64,000 bases of DNA from Strigamia acuminata (Eukaryota): the NCBI GenBank assembly GCA_949358305.1, contig OX442314.1, positions 4,092,001-4,156,000 of the forward strand. The letters run 5' to 3'. Under the pieces are notes generated by a model, which saw only the letters and a program-made list of their open reading frames with translations, made no database searches and was not told where the DNA came from. Position 1 is the first letter of the stretch. Each line of letters begins with the position of its first letter. A program made the position numbers and the translations under genes. Of this stretch, positions 25,993 through 38,627 are shown piece after piece.

Positions 25993-28900
25993 GATAAGAG
26001 CAATTTCTACAATCTAATTTTAGCTAAATTTCAAATCTAAAATCTTATGTGAAATTGTGTTATTAATGTTGAAAGGCAATATTTGTTTACTTTTGTGTTT
26101 CCAGGTGAAATGGTAAATAAAACCACATGTTGATCTGGTTCACTTGAAGCCAAGAGGTCATGACCTCTTTAACTAACTTCCTCTCTTTTGAGTCTTTCAA
26201 TCACCCCAAACATCCCCCACGGTGTAAAAATCACTTTTGCTTGAAAAACTCTAAAACTGCACAAAATAAATTCAAAACATTTAAAACTCATTTTCAAAAT
26301 TAAGACTTGAGATTTAATCTTCCTACATTAAGATCTCTAATCAATTCTATTAGAATTAACAAAATAGCTTGAAATTGAAAATTATTTTTTATAACTGAAA
26401 AAATCATTTCATCAAATTAACAAATAATCTGTAAAAATTGAATTAAATAGTAATCAAGTAATTTCTAAAATGATAAAAATATTTCGGTGTCAACAAGTTT
26501 AACAAACTTAAAACATTTTTTGTAACACATTAACAACAAACAACAAACCAACAAACTTTGATAAATTATGTCGTGTTCCGACTTTGTGGAAATAATCTTA
26601 CTTACTTTGCAGGTACCTGAAATATTGTGTAATTATTAATTCTAATAATCACACAGTCAAATAAAAGATTAAAAGATTTTATTTAAAATACTTAAAAGAA
26701 AATTACAAATTAATATTATTGATCTAATTTTAATACTGGTCTTGGTCTCAGGTCCGTTGGCTGCGGACACGATTGAATGCTGAATTTTAGTGTTAAAATC
26801 CAGACTTCTATCTTGATTCCTTTGTTGGCTGTCGTCTAGGCGTCGAACAATGTTCCACGTGATAAGCGTGTCGTCTGTTGTTCGATATCGCGAATGGCGA
26901 TGAATATTTCCCTTCCGGAGTCTCCGGATGGAAAATAAATGCTCTTTAGTATAAATATACAGCAGAATCTCCACTTGTATATTTTAGTTGTTTAGTCCTA
27001 CTTTCTGACTCGACGGGCATCGGTCTCGGTCACTCCTGGTGTATTCACGCGAGGCTTGATCGTTGAGACGGTGATGGTTGTCGATTGAGGTAGGTAGTTG
27101 AAGTTAAGTCTTTGAGTCAAACAGCTCCTTTTATTTCCTCCTCACACGTGACAGGAACCAGAATGGATTAACATAATTTCTATTGTCAAATTCACTAGTC
27201 ATGTGACGTAGGAGGAGAAAACGGGGTCAGTTCGTTGACCTAAGGTCAATTGGAAGGTAGTAGAGACTTTACCCCATTCCAAGAATTAGCTAATTGCTGT
27301 ATGAGTAATATTTCTATTTTTATTTCACAATAAAAAATACGAATTAAATATAATTTGTGACAAATTAATAGGACTATAAATGCCTGATTTTCCACCAGAA
27401 GGCGCTGTTGCGCCATTTTGACGGTAATTCTACTGTATTTGTTGTAGAACCAATGTAATTCCTATATAAAGTTATTTATGGTGTTTTAATTACAAATATG
27501 TTCGTTTGATAAGAATAAACAATTCAATCTTCATGATATCGAAATATCACGGCCGAAATTACAGAGATTTCGTCTGCTAAAACAGCATTCGTCAATGCGG
27601 TATGTCGCCACTAGAAGGCGCTATCGCAAATCAGCGGTAAATTCGAAATACGGAATTAAATGAATAACAAGGAATATATATTAAATAAGTATTTAATATA
27701 TTCACTTAGATTATTTTACTTGACAATAATATAAAGTTATATTATTGTATTGAATGATTGGAAGAAAGAATTGGTCACATTCTTGAAATAGTGGCCATGC
27801 GGATTAAAGGATTAATGTGTGACTTGGGAATGTGTCCTGGGTATCCACTTCCCGTCCCCGGTATCCATTTCCTGTTTCATGTCAAGAAATTAGCATAATC
27901 CGAATTATGTTCCTCCGTATCCACTTCCTGTATCACGGGATTGGCGGGATTCATGGACCCCATGTTCCAATTGGATAAGTGGTCAAATCACTTAATCCAA
28001 TCCAAGATATATATTTCCTGAACACAGGAAGTTAACAGAGTTGGTCAGTTGCATTTAGTTCTTGGTTCTAGTCTTGGGTAATTATTATATGAATTTTATA
28101 CGGTATTTGGTATATGTATTTTGTACGGTATTTAGTATGTGCTTAGTTATTTGGTTTCTTGTGGATGGTTTAGTCTCTTGAAACCGCGCATTGTTCTGCT
28201 GAATAATGCATTCGACCGATTGAAGGTTTAAAGTCGGGATACGCTTGTTTCCGTCAACGGTCTTGCCGAGGATACCAGCTTTGTGCGTACGGTGTTCTCG
28301 TGGTCGGGCAATAGAGCCACGCGCGGTACAAAAGTATTCAGTAACCGTCGGTAGCACTGTTACTGTATGAGTTTGACTCCATCACCTGTTGGTGCCAAAA
28401 CAGTCTGCATGTAAAAACGTGTAGTTACCGCTAGTAGCACCAAGTGCTTGGGAACGCTAATCTCCGCGGTAATGGTGCCAAAGCAGTCTGTTTATCAGTA
28501 GTACTTCGTGTGGTTAATTCTGTTGTGCGGGGCTGCGAGCTATAACCCCCTGAGTATCAGTACCGTCTCTCACCGTACTGTTGCTTAGGGCACGCGCGAT
28601 ACTGCCCTACTCGACAAGGCGAATTTATGACGGCAACTGTGTGTTGCGATGACTAACTTTTATATTTGACAGCCGATAATAAAATCAATTGTTTAAACTT
28701 GAAGTCAAGTTAACAACCCAAATAAAGTCACGAGACTTGTTCGATTTACAACGAATAAATTCGTAATAATGAATTGAATACAATTCATTAACCAAAACAT
28801 TTAACTCACAACGTCACGAATTATAGATAATTCATAAGCGGAACATTGGTGAATAAATTACTTCATTTATTCATAACCAATGTCCACCCTAGTTGTGGCG

Positions 28901-29347
28901 GTGCAGACAAAGTCAACCGCATCTCTCGGATCGAACCCAAGCCGCATTACACGACAATACGAACCAGTTACGCGATACGAACCCGGAACGCGAAGCCGAC
29001 GGAAACCGCGAGGACACCGCCAGCCCGGCTAGCGCAGACGACATCTGTAACCTCGGTCGAGCGGGCGTTCTGCCGTTCCCGGACCCAGGATCCGAATACA
29101 CGTAATGTTATTATTTTAGGGCTGTTTCACAGCCAATTATTTGTATAGTTTAATTTGTAAATTAACTTGCCAAATGTCGGCATTAGTTCATGTATAACTT
29201 TTAGAGTTGATTCTATTGTTTGACAACAATAAATGTAGTGTTTTGATAACTCTGTTGTTCTTATTTATCTCGTATTTAATCACTTATTCACGCGACTTAT
29301 ACCCGGTACTATCATGCGATAGGAGTTGTGGTCGTCACCGTCACACG

Positions 29348-29365
29348 TGGAGGTCCCACCGAGAT
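29348..29365 (+). other. Primer binding site complementary to the tRNA-Gln 3' end
   Basis: TGGAGGTCCCACCGAGAT lies 2 nt after the 5' LTR and is the reverse complement of ATCTCGGTGGGACCTCCA, the animal tRNA-Gln 3' end as recalled. Confidence 0.85.
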
Positions 29366-30126
29366 AGGTTGCACAGTTTTAAATTTATCGAATTTAAATA
29401 AAAGTGAAAATTGAGATAAATAAAGATTATAACATTTCAAAACATTTTATATGTTTCTGCTTTTGCGAAGTAGGAAATTCTCTTTAAGAACGTTGGGATT
29501 CGTGAGAACTCTAACATTAAAGGGAATGTCATGTTGTGTTATAAACACTCGAAAAAATTGAAGTAAAATTTATTTTATTTTCACGAAATGATCTGGAAGT
29601 TTATATTTTATAAAACTTATTTTCCTTCGAAAATATTCAATCGGTAAAAAAGGATTGACCAGACCAAATTCCAAGAAGTACGGACTTAGTAGAGAACTAT
29701 TAATTAAGGTGAAACCAAAATTCACCAATCAGAGAGGCGCAGATTAGGATCCAGATTTAAGCGTGGACTCAGATCACCAGACCAGACCCGGATAGACGTG
29801 TTTCCAGTAGCCATCTTGACCACGCCGTCCCGATTTCAGTCACGATTCGAATTACCGCGCCGTAACCTGCAAAGCTAAGTATTGTTTGTTCTTTTATTGT
29901 TAACTTTGAATTAAGCGTGCTTTTAATCACGCCAGTTTAAATATTCTGATATTTAGTGTTTTGTTTTAATTTTTTGAAAGTTTAACGCGTATTAAACAAC
30001 GCGAAGTTTAATTTCGCTTTATTAAAGTTTAGAAGTGTTTCCTTTTGAAAGTGTATTGTATTAAAGTGTATATTGAATTCTTTAATAATAAAGAATTCTT
30101 TATTTCCGAATTGTTCAAGTTTTGAT

Positions 30127-31587
30127 ATGACGCAACAACCGTTTAACATATTTGACTTTGAAGAAGGGAATAATAAAGGAGATAATTTAAATTTAAGTTA
30201 TCAACCGTCCAATGGTCATCCCGAAGTAATTCAGGATGGTCTGACAATCTACTGTCAGCTTTATAATTTAGACCGAAATCAGTTCAAAAATATAACAGAG
30301 GCAGTATTTCATGTAAAAACTATGGATAAACGAAATCAGCAAAAGTTTCAAATATCCAGTGGTGGGTCTAACTTAGAAAAGTTTAAACCACCTAATTCGG
30401 TAGATAAGGGGGAAAAGAATTATAAAAATAATAATTCTCATCCAGGGAGTTATTTAACTAACCAATTGGTTGTTCAGAACAAACTCAACCCCTTTTACAG
30501 ACAACATCAGCTGAATTCAGCTGAATTTGCTAATTTAGGCGAAACACAACAATGTGTGGCTAGTTTCAATCTGTCGAAAAATCTACCGCTACCCAAAGAA
30601 TTGGGAACAGTGAACAAAAAATTGTGGCTACCTATATCAACCCTAAGGGAAGAAAGTCGAACTACAAACAAACAATTACGGTCACCGAATTCTCGCGATG
30701 GATTTACGAATTCGTTCTCCAAGTATACAAGCGAGAAAAGTGGTTTACCTACTCCAAACAAACGTTTGCAGCCACCCAACTCATTCAACGGTCAATCCGA
30801 ATTGATGCAGGAATTTTTGACGTTTTACTGTCAAGAGTATGATTTAAATCAAAATCAATTTGCGACTGCAAGCGAAGCAATGATATATGTAATGAAGCAT
30901 AATCTAAAGGGAAAATCCAACGATATTATTTCGCAGTCAATTCCCAACCCAAATCAAGAAATTGTCGAACAATCGTTCACAAAAGATTTGCCGTTTAGGA
31001 GACGTGATCAATCTAGTCCAACACGACAAAGGTTGGGAGACCAAGCTCAAAATTCTCAATCTCCTAAAAAGAAGTTATGGAGTATGAATGATTACTCTTC
31101 ATTTAAAGATTCGAGTACAGGAACAAAGGTTTCAACTACTCAAACAAGTGGACCGTTCAATCGAACGTTTCGGAAAATGAGTACTCTTCCCACAATACCG
31201 GTGGTTGAAGAAATCTTGCGTAGTCAATCTAATACTAGTTCGACCAACAGTCAAACCAACAAAAATATATGTGGTAAAAATAGCATTTCTGAAATTTCAA
31301 ATTCACAAAATGCCACCTTTCCTTACGTCAAACAATGTTTTCATTGTAAACGACCGGGACATGTCAAACGAGATTGTCCCACATGGTCTAAACGAGAATT
31401 TAACGATCAATGCAAGAATTTTAATTATTCCAATGTGTCACGAGACTCATTTAAACGACCCAGACAAAATTGGGTCACCACCGAACTGTTCGAACAACGG
31501 TTTACAGAAATGGAAACCAAAATGCAGGCGATTATGAATAAGTCTATGTCCGACCTATTTGATAAGCTTTCTCAACACAAAATGTAG
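30127..31587 (+). CDS. Gag-like protein with one CCHC zinc knuckle (486 aa from ATG)
   Basis: Only long ORF inside the LTR element; CFHCKRPGHVKRDC; C-terminal amphipathic helix. Confidence 0.75.
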   Translation: MTQQPFNIFDFEEGNNKGDNLNLSYQPSNGHPEVIQDGLTIYCQLYNLDRNQFKNITEAVFHVKTMDKRNQQKFQISSGGSNLEKFKPPNSVDKGEKNYKNNNSHPGSYLTNQLVVQNKLNPFYRQHQLNSAEFANLGETQQCVASFNLSKNLPLPKELGTVNKKLWLPISTLREESRTTNKQLRSPNSRDGFTNSFSKYTSEKSGLPTPNKRLQPPNSFNGQSELMQEFLTFYCQEYDLNQNQFATASEAMIYVMKHNLKGKSNDIISQSIPNPNQEIVEQSFTKDLPFRRRDQSSPTRQRLGDQAQNSQSPKKKLWSMNDYSSFKDSSTGTKVSTTQTSGPFNRTFRKMSTLPTIPVVEEILRSQSNTSSTNSQTNKNICGKNSISEISNSQNATFPYVKQCFHCKRPGHVKRDCPTWSKREFNDQCKNFNYSNVSRDSFKRPRQNWVTTELFEQRFTEMETKMQAIMNKSMSDLFDKLSQHKM

Positions 31588-34230
31588 GAAATTCTTCAGA
31601 TCAAACGATCTCCCGACTATAGAAAAATCCTTTACATGAACCATGACCTCTGTTCTATAGAAAAGGGGGACAAAAATAAAAATTAAGATTAACAAAATCT
31701 TGAATAATAATACTACATTATGAAGACGACTATTTTATTAAATTACCATAGCCAATTTTCACAATAGAATTCCAAGTCTTTCTAGGAAATCGACTCCGGT
31801 CATGACAATTAAGGGGGACAGGAATCAAGATGATGCTTAATTGTCAATAATCACCGTTAATAATTGTTATTATTTATTGATAAAACTTAACCAAATTACG
31901 TATAAGAAAATCGAATTTGTACTATTGGAAGAAATTTAAGAATAAATTTCGGCAAAAGAAATCCTGAACTTAGGCAATCTAATTGGGTTAAACAACTCAA
32001 CTCAGAATCGGAAGTCACAGCGTCTCCCAAGATATATCAAGCCCGACAAAAGCATTTATATCCATTAATAGGATAGAAATAAGTGAAAGTGTAAACACTT
32101 CCAATTATTTAAGGGGGATTTGTGACAAATTAATAGGACTATAAATGCCTGATTTTCCACCAGAAGGCGCTGTTGCGCCATTTTGACGGTAATTCTACTG
32201 TATTTGTTGTAGAACCAATGTAATTCCTATATAAAGTTATTTATGGTGTTTTAATTACAAATATGTTCGTTTGATAAGAATAAACAATTCAATCTTCATG
32301 ATATCGAAATATCACGGCCGAAATTACAGAGATTTCGTCTGCTAAAACAGCATTCGTCAATGCGGTATGTCGCCACTAGAAGGCGCTATCGCAAATCAGC
32401 GGTAAATTCGAAATACGGAATTAAATGAATAACAAGGAATATATATTAAATAAGTATTTAATATATTCACTTAGATTATTTTACTTGACAATAATATAAA
32501 GTTATATTATTGTATTGAATGATTGGAAGAAAGAATTGGTCACATTCTTGAAATAGTGGCCATGCGGATTAAAGGATTAATGTGTGACTTGGGAATGTGT
32601 CCTGGGTATCCACTTCCCGTCCCCGGTATCCATTTCCTGTTTCATGTCAAGAAATTAGCATAATCCGAATTATGTTCCTCCGTATCCACTTCCTGTATCA
32701 CGGGATTGGCGGGATTCATGGACCCCATGTTCCAATTGGATAAGTGGTCAAATCACTTAATCCAATCCAAGATATATATTTCCTGAACACAGGAAGTTAA
32801 CAGAGTTGGTCAGTTGCATTTAGTTCTTGGTTCTAGTCTTGGGTAATTATTATATGAATTTTATACGGTATTTGGTATATGTATTTTGTACGGTATTTAG
32901 TATGTGCTTAGTTATTTGGTTTCTTGTGGATGGTTTAGTCTCTTGAAACCGCGCATTGTTCTGCTGAATAATGCATTCGACCGATTGAAGGTTTAAAGTC
33001 GGGATACGCTTGTTTCCGTCAACGGTCTTGCCGAGGATACCAGCTTTGTGCGTACGGTGTTCTCGTGGTCGGGCAATAGAGCCACGCGCGGTACAAAAGT
33101 ATTCAGTAACCGTCGGTAGCACTGTTACTGTATGAGTTTGACTCCATCACCTGTTGGTGCCAAAACAGTCTGCATGTAAAAACGTGTAGTTACCGCTAGT
33201 AGCACCAAGTGCTTGGGAACGCTAATCTCCGCGGTAATGGTGCCAAAGCAGTCTGTTTATCAGTAGTACTTCGTGTGGTTAATTCTGTTGTGCGGGGCTG
33301 CGAGCTATAACCCCCTGAGTATCAGTACCGTCTCTCACCGTACTGTTGCTTAGGGCACGCGCGATACTGCCCTACTCGACAAGGCGAATTTATGACGGCA
33401 ACTGTGTGTTGCGATGACTAACTTTTATATTTGACAGCCGATAATAAAATCAATTGTTTAAACTTGAAGTCAAGTTAACAACCCAAATAAAGTCACGAGA
33501 CTTGTTCGATTTACAACGAATAAATTCGTAATAATGAATTGAATACAATTCATTAACCAAAACATTTAACTCACAACGTCACGAATTATAGATAATTCAT
33601 AAGCGGAACATTGGTGAATAAATTACTTCATTTATTCATAACCAATGTCCACCCTAGTTGTGGCGGTGCAGACAAAGTCAACCGCATCTCTCGGATCGAA
33701 CCCAAGCCGCATTACACGACAATACGAACCAGTTACGCGATACGAACCCGGAACGCGAAGCCGACGGAAACCGCGAGGACACCGCCAGCCCGGCTAGCGC
33801 AGACGACATCTGTAACCTCGGTCGAGCGGGCGTTCTGCCGTTCCCGGACCCAGGATCCGAATACACGTAATGTTATTATTTTAGGGCTGTTTCACAGCCA
33901 ATTATTTGTATAGTTTAATTTGTAAATTAACTTGCCAAATGTCGGCATTAGTTCATGTATAACTTTTAGAGTTGATTCTATTGTTTGACAACAATAAATG
34001 TAGTGTTTTGATAACTCTGTTGTTCTTATTTATCTCGTATTTAATCACTTATTCACGCGACTTATACCCGGTACTATCATGCGATAGGAGTTGTGGTCGT
34101 CACCGTCACAAATTCACAACAAAATAAAACGGTGTCCATTTAGGATCACCACAACTTGATACCCCGAGCCAAGCTGAGAAATACCTGCGAGATTTTTCGA
34201 AACTCTACTTTCAGGGTAAGACAATTCCAT

Positions 34231-35441
34231 GGGATGGACTAATCGGCAGCTGTCAATCGTCAGCTGTCAGCTGTCAGCTGGCAGCTGGCAGCTGACGAAT
34301 CGGATTATGTCGCTAATCCGCAAAAAACGCCGAAACTAATCGGCAGCTGGCAGCTGTCAATCGTCAGCTGCCGCCGATTTTTGGCTCCGGTTTTCGACCG
34401 TCAGCTGCGCCGGTTTTTGGCCGACAGCTGCCGGTAGCTGCGTCGGTTTTAGACCAGCAGCTGCGCTGGTTTTGACCGGCAGCTGGGCCGGTTTTGGGCC
34501 GGCAGCTGCGCCGGTTTTCGATCGTCAGTTGCCGGCGATTTTCGATCGTCAGCTGCCGCCGATTTTTGACGTACAGCTGACGATTTTTGAATTTGATGGC
34601 AGCATTTTCGATCGTGTATTTGACCGGCAGCTGCGCCGGTTTTAGATCGGCAGCTGCGTCGATTTTCGACTGGCAGTTGCGACGATTTTTGACCGTCAGC
34701 TGCTGGTTTTCGACCGTCAGCGCTATGAAATACACATGAAATACACGTGAAATACTACAAAATATGAAATGAAATACTACAAATAAATATGAATATGAAT
34801 ATATATGAATATAAATGAATATAAATGAATACAAATGAATACAAATATAAATTAATAAATATAAATGAAATAAATACTACAAATGAAATGAAATACTACA
34901 AATGAAATGAAATACTGTCGGGCCAAAATTCGTCAGCTGTACGTCAAAAATCGCCGGCAGCTGACGATCGAAAACCGGCGCAGCTGCCGGCCCAAAACCG
35001 GCCCAGCTGCCGGCCCAAAACCGGCCCAGCTGCCGGCCCAAAACCGGCCCAGCTGCCGGTCAAAACCAGCGCAGCTGCCGACCAAAATTCGTCAGCTGTA
35101 CGTCAAAAATCGGCGGCAGCTGACGATCGAAAATCGCCGGCAACTGACGATCAAAAACCGGCGCAGCTGCCGGCCCAAAACCGGCCCAGCTGCCGGTCAA
35201 AACCAGCGCAGCTGCCGGTCTAAAACCGACGCAGCTACCGGCAGCTGTCGGCCAAAAACCGGCGCAGCTGACGGTCGAAAATCGGAGCCAAAAATCGGCG
35301 GCAGCTGACGATTGACAGCTGCCAGCTGCCGATTAGTTTCGGCGTTTTTTACGGATTAGCGACATAATCCGATTCGTCAGCTGCCAGCTGCCAGCTGCCA
35401 GCTGACAGCTGACGATTGACAGCTGCCGATTAGTCCATCCC
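34231..35441. mobile_element. Foldback/Mutator-like non-autonomous element with long modular TIRs
   Basis: GGGATGGACTAATCGGCAGC...GCTGCCGATTAGTCCATCCC, about 500-bp arms built from CAGCTG subrepeats, AT-rich spacer, 9-bp TSD CAATTCCAT. Confidence 0.9.
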
Positions 35442-35652
35442 CAATTCCATTTACATTTTGGATTTATATTTTAGCGACACATTGTGCAGCGCAACAATAT
35501 ACAACGCAACAATATACAGCGACATATTTCACTATTTATTTAATTTTTTTATATATTTATTAATTAATTTTTTTTATTTTTTTATGTCATTATTATTTTT
35601 TTTTGAAAAAATAAAATTTTAAATTTAAATAAATAAATAAAATGAATAAATT

Positions 35653-35991
35653 TTGGTGCATAGCATTGCCAGCCTTATAACTTTCAGCCCTTTTTTTTTA
35701 ATTCCCAACTTCTATGCATTTAATGCACACAATGCATGGAAACACCAGACTGAGGAGCAGGTACAGCATCGTTTTAACTTGCGGGAAGTTGTGAGAGGTG
35801 TTGAAGCAGAGGAATCGGAACATGAATCAAACCAATGTTCCATTTGCCTTACTAACAAGCGGAACATTTTGTTGGTGCCATGTTCACACACTTTCTGCTC
35901 CGCATGTGTAGAGAACTTCCTAAAAGATAAGGTGGAGCCCTACTGCTTGTCTTGCAGACATGTTATTAGTACTATGTATAAAATGTTTTAG
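35653..35991 (+). CDS. Orphan C3HC4 RING-finger ORF or exon (possibly TE-borne fragment)
   Basis: CSIC...PCSHTFCSAC...CLSC; no upstream in-frame ATG; flanked by GGCTGGC/GCCAGCC repeats. Confidence 0.55.
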   Translation: MVHSIASLITFSPFFLIPNFYAFNAHNAWKHQTEEQVQHRFNLREVVRGVEAEESEHESNQCSICLTNKRNILLVPCSHTFCSACVENFLKDKVEPYCLSCRHVISTMYKMF

Positions 35992-36353
35992 CCAGGGGAA
36001 TAAGGGCTGGAAATGTAAGGGCTGGCAAATTACAATTAATTAGTTCATTTAATGTTATCAGGGAATAAAGGGCTAAAACTTAAAGTCTTGGCACATATTA
36101 AATAATCACTTTATTAATTTATTACTTCAATTTATTATTTCATTTTAAAAGATTAAAAGAGGCTGAAACATAAAAGGCTGGCAAATGGAAGGCTGGCACT
36201 GCCCGAGGCTGGCACAATATAATTCAACAAACTGAAAATAAAAAGTAGGAAATGAGGCTAAAACAGAAAAGGCTAAACAATTAAAAGGCTGGCAACACCC
36301 CGATCCTAAATTTTTATTAATTCAAAGTTTAATACTTGAATACATGAAACTAA

Positions 36354-37383
36354 CGAGGGGAACACCGTATAAGATACTCACAGATTGTTGTAAGATTGTT
36401 GTAATAATAAACATGGAGAATTGTTGTATCATGCTGAATGAGACCCTAAAATAATTTCATTCCATAAACAGTCAACAATGCAAACAATGAGCTCAAAGTT
36501 TGCACTATTTTGTCTGTGTATGCATCCAATCTGAGCAATCAGGCCTAGTGTATGAATACTGTAAACAACAGTTGCTAGGTAAAAAGTAGTTCCAAGATCA
36601 AAGTTGAATTTTATCATTTGAGATTCAATGATGTCATTTCCTCATTTGATGTCATGGCATCAGAACTTTGTTCACCAACATGACTGAATTCATGAAGACA
36701 ACAATAGTTTGTAGTGGTGGTCCAGTGGTTAAGGCAATGGACTAGGAATCTTTCCACACAGGTTCAAATCCTGTTGTCTGTGAAAATTTTTTACTTCTAT
36801 TTTTTAATTTTTTTTAGCAGTAATTTTAATGTTTTTAATTTTATGTTTGTTTTTAGAAAACTTTAATTAATTAATTTTAATTTTTTAACAAACATAAAAT
36901 TAAAAACATTAAAATTACTGCTAAAAAAAATTAAAAAATAAAAATAAAAAATTTTCACAGACAACAGGATTTGAACCTGTGTGGAAAGATTCCTAGTCCA
37001 TTGCCTTAACCACTGGACCACCACTACAAACTATTGTTGTCTTCATGAATTCAGTCATGTTGGTGAACAAAGCTCTGATGTCAAATGTCATGTGATATCA
37101 AATGAGAAAATGACATCATTGAATCTCAAATGATAAAATTCAACTTTGATCTTGGAACTATTTTTTACCTAGCAACTATTGTTTACAGTATTCATACACT
37201 AGGCCTGATTGCTCAGATTGGATGCATACACAGACAAAATAGTGCAAACTTTGAGCTCATTGTTTGCATTGTTGACTGTTAATGGAATGAAATTATTTTA
37301 GGGTCTCATTCAGCATGATACAACAATTCTTCATGTTTATTATTACAACAATCTGTGAGTATCTTATACGGGTGTTCCCCTCG
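36354..37383. mobile_element. Fully palindromic mariner-type MITE carrying tRNA-Ser-like sequence in each arm
   Basis: CGAGGGGAACACC...GGTGTTCCCCTCG-TA ends; about 500-bp arms inverted around about 36868. Confidence 0.75.
36711..36782 (+). pseudogene. Degenerate tRNA-Ser(AGA)-derived sequence; further copies at 36956-37027 (-) and 38802-38873 (-)
   Basis: GTAGTGGTGGTCCAGTGGTTAAGGCAATGGACTAGGAATC...CAGGTTCAAATCCTG aligns by eye to canonical animal tRNA-Ser; A/B boxes recognisable, variable arm deleted, stems broken. Confidence 0.75.
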
Positions 37384-38627
37384 TAAGGTGAGAATGAACT
37401 TTCACCACGTCTACGCTGTCGCCCTCGCCCCACATTCAGTCTGCCTGGAACTTCCATCGTGAATGATTGAATTTGCTGTGGCAGTTCTTCATATACGTAA
37501 GTTGTGGCACTTTGATATAACGTAGCACATGCGATGAAAAAACGTTTATATTTCGTGTCATTTCGTGTCATTTCGTGCCATTTCCAACCATTTCCAGCTT
37601 ATTTCGTGCAAACTGCACTTCGAAATGAAAAGCACAATTTGATTCCATTTAGATTTGTTGACCTGGTTGTTACTTATGTCCATTTACATGCAATTCATCG
37701 TCAATTTCAGTTTGTTTCATTCTGAAATTATTTCGGTGAGAGAATTTTATATTCTTAGGTTATAATATTGTCACGAGTATAGACCGTCCCGATCAACGGC
37801 CGATCTATACTGCGTGTTTTGATATAATTAGTTGCTAAATTTCAGCAACAGATGGCGTTGCTATCAAATGCCATCAAATGACATCACTGGAACAATTAAC
37901 TCTTGGAATAGGGGGAACACAAGGTGATTTAATAAATGAAAACATCAACTAAGCTCACTTCTCTCTAGGTCCTCAAACTTAAAAGATCTTCTGGAAACAT
38001 TATTAAGAAAGCCCCGAGTCAGCCTATTATAGGCATGGCCTCTGCTTCTCTTTCTTCACAAACTGATATTTGGTCATATAAGATTAGTGTTATTTATTGT
38101 GTAAGTATTACTTCATTTTAACATTCAACCTCATGTAAAGTTAATAGTTGATTTGAGTTTAGAAAGCTTTGTAATGATTAGAATTAACTTAGAACATTTC
38201 TAGGATAGAAATATCGGATTTATGTTACCGTAAAGTCGGGTGAATGTGGACCCGGCAGGTGAATGTGGCCAAAAAGAAATTTGCAGAAAAAAAATTCCTC
38301 ACTTTTTGCTGGGCCATTTATCAGTTAGTTATTATTTTTAACTAATGTATCATGGGGGTTTCAGCTTGCTTAAAAAAATATTCCACAATTTTGTGATCAA
38401 TTAAAAAAAATCTACACATATTTTAAGTATGTCATGTAAAAATAGTAAAAAATGAGGCCTGATGTTAGAAAGATAACTTCCTCATTAAAGTCTATGATAA
38501 TTTTTTTAAAAAAAGATATATTTTGTCTTTTTTTAAACACAAATAACTAAAAAAAAAATTTTAAAAATTAATTTTTGGTACATAGATTATTTTAAAAATA
38601 TTTTTTGAGGCCACATTAACCTTCTAA

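Larger units (their letters stand above)
27356..34110 (+). mobile_element. Non-autonomous LTR retroelement; LTRs 27356-29345 and 32121-34110 (1990 bp)
   Basis: TG...CA direct repeats at offset 4765 with identical ORF translations, TSD AATT, PBS at 29348, PPT AAGGGGGA before 32121, no pol. Confidence 0.93.
26585..34153 (-). mobile_element. Solo LTR (about 810 bp) interrupted by the 6.75-kb LTR element
   Basis: Termini TGTGG...CCACA, 4-bp TSD ACTT on both sides (26581-84 / 34154-57). Minus-strand start TGTGGTGA resembles the Gypsy LTR start at 53995. Confidence 0.7.

Noticed and set aside
28085..33913. Duplicated small ORFs (90, 100, 70 aa)
   Set aside because: They lie within the two LTRs, mostly use non-ATG starts and show no recognisable motifs.
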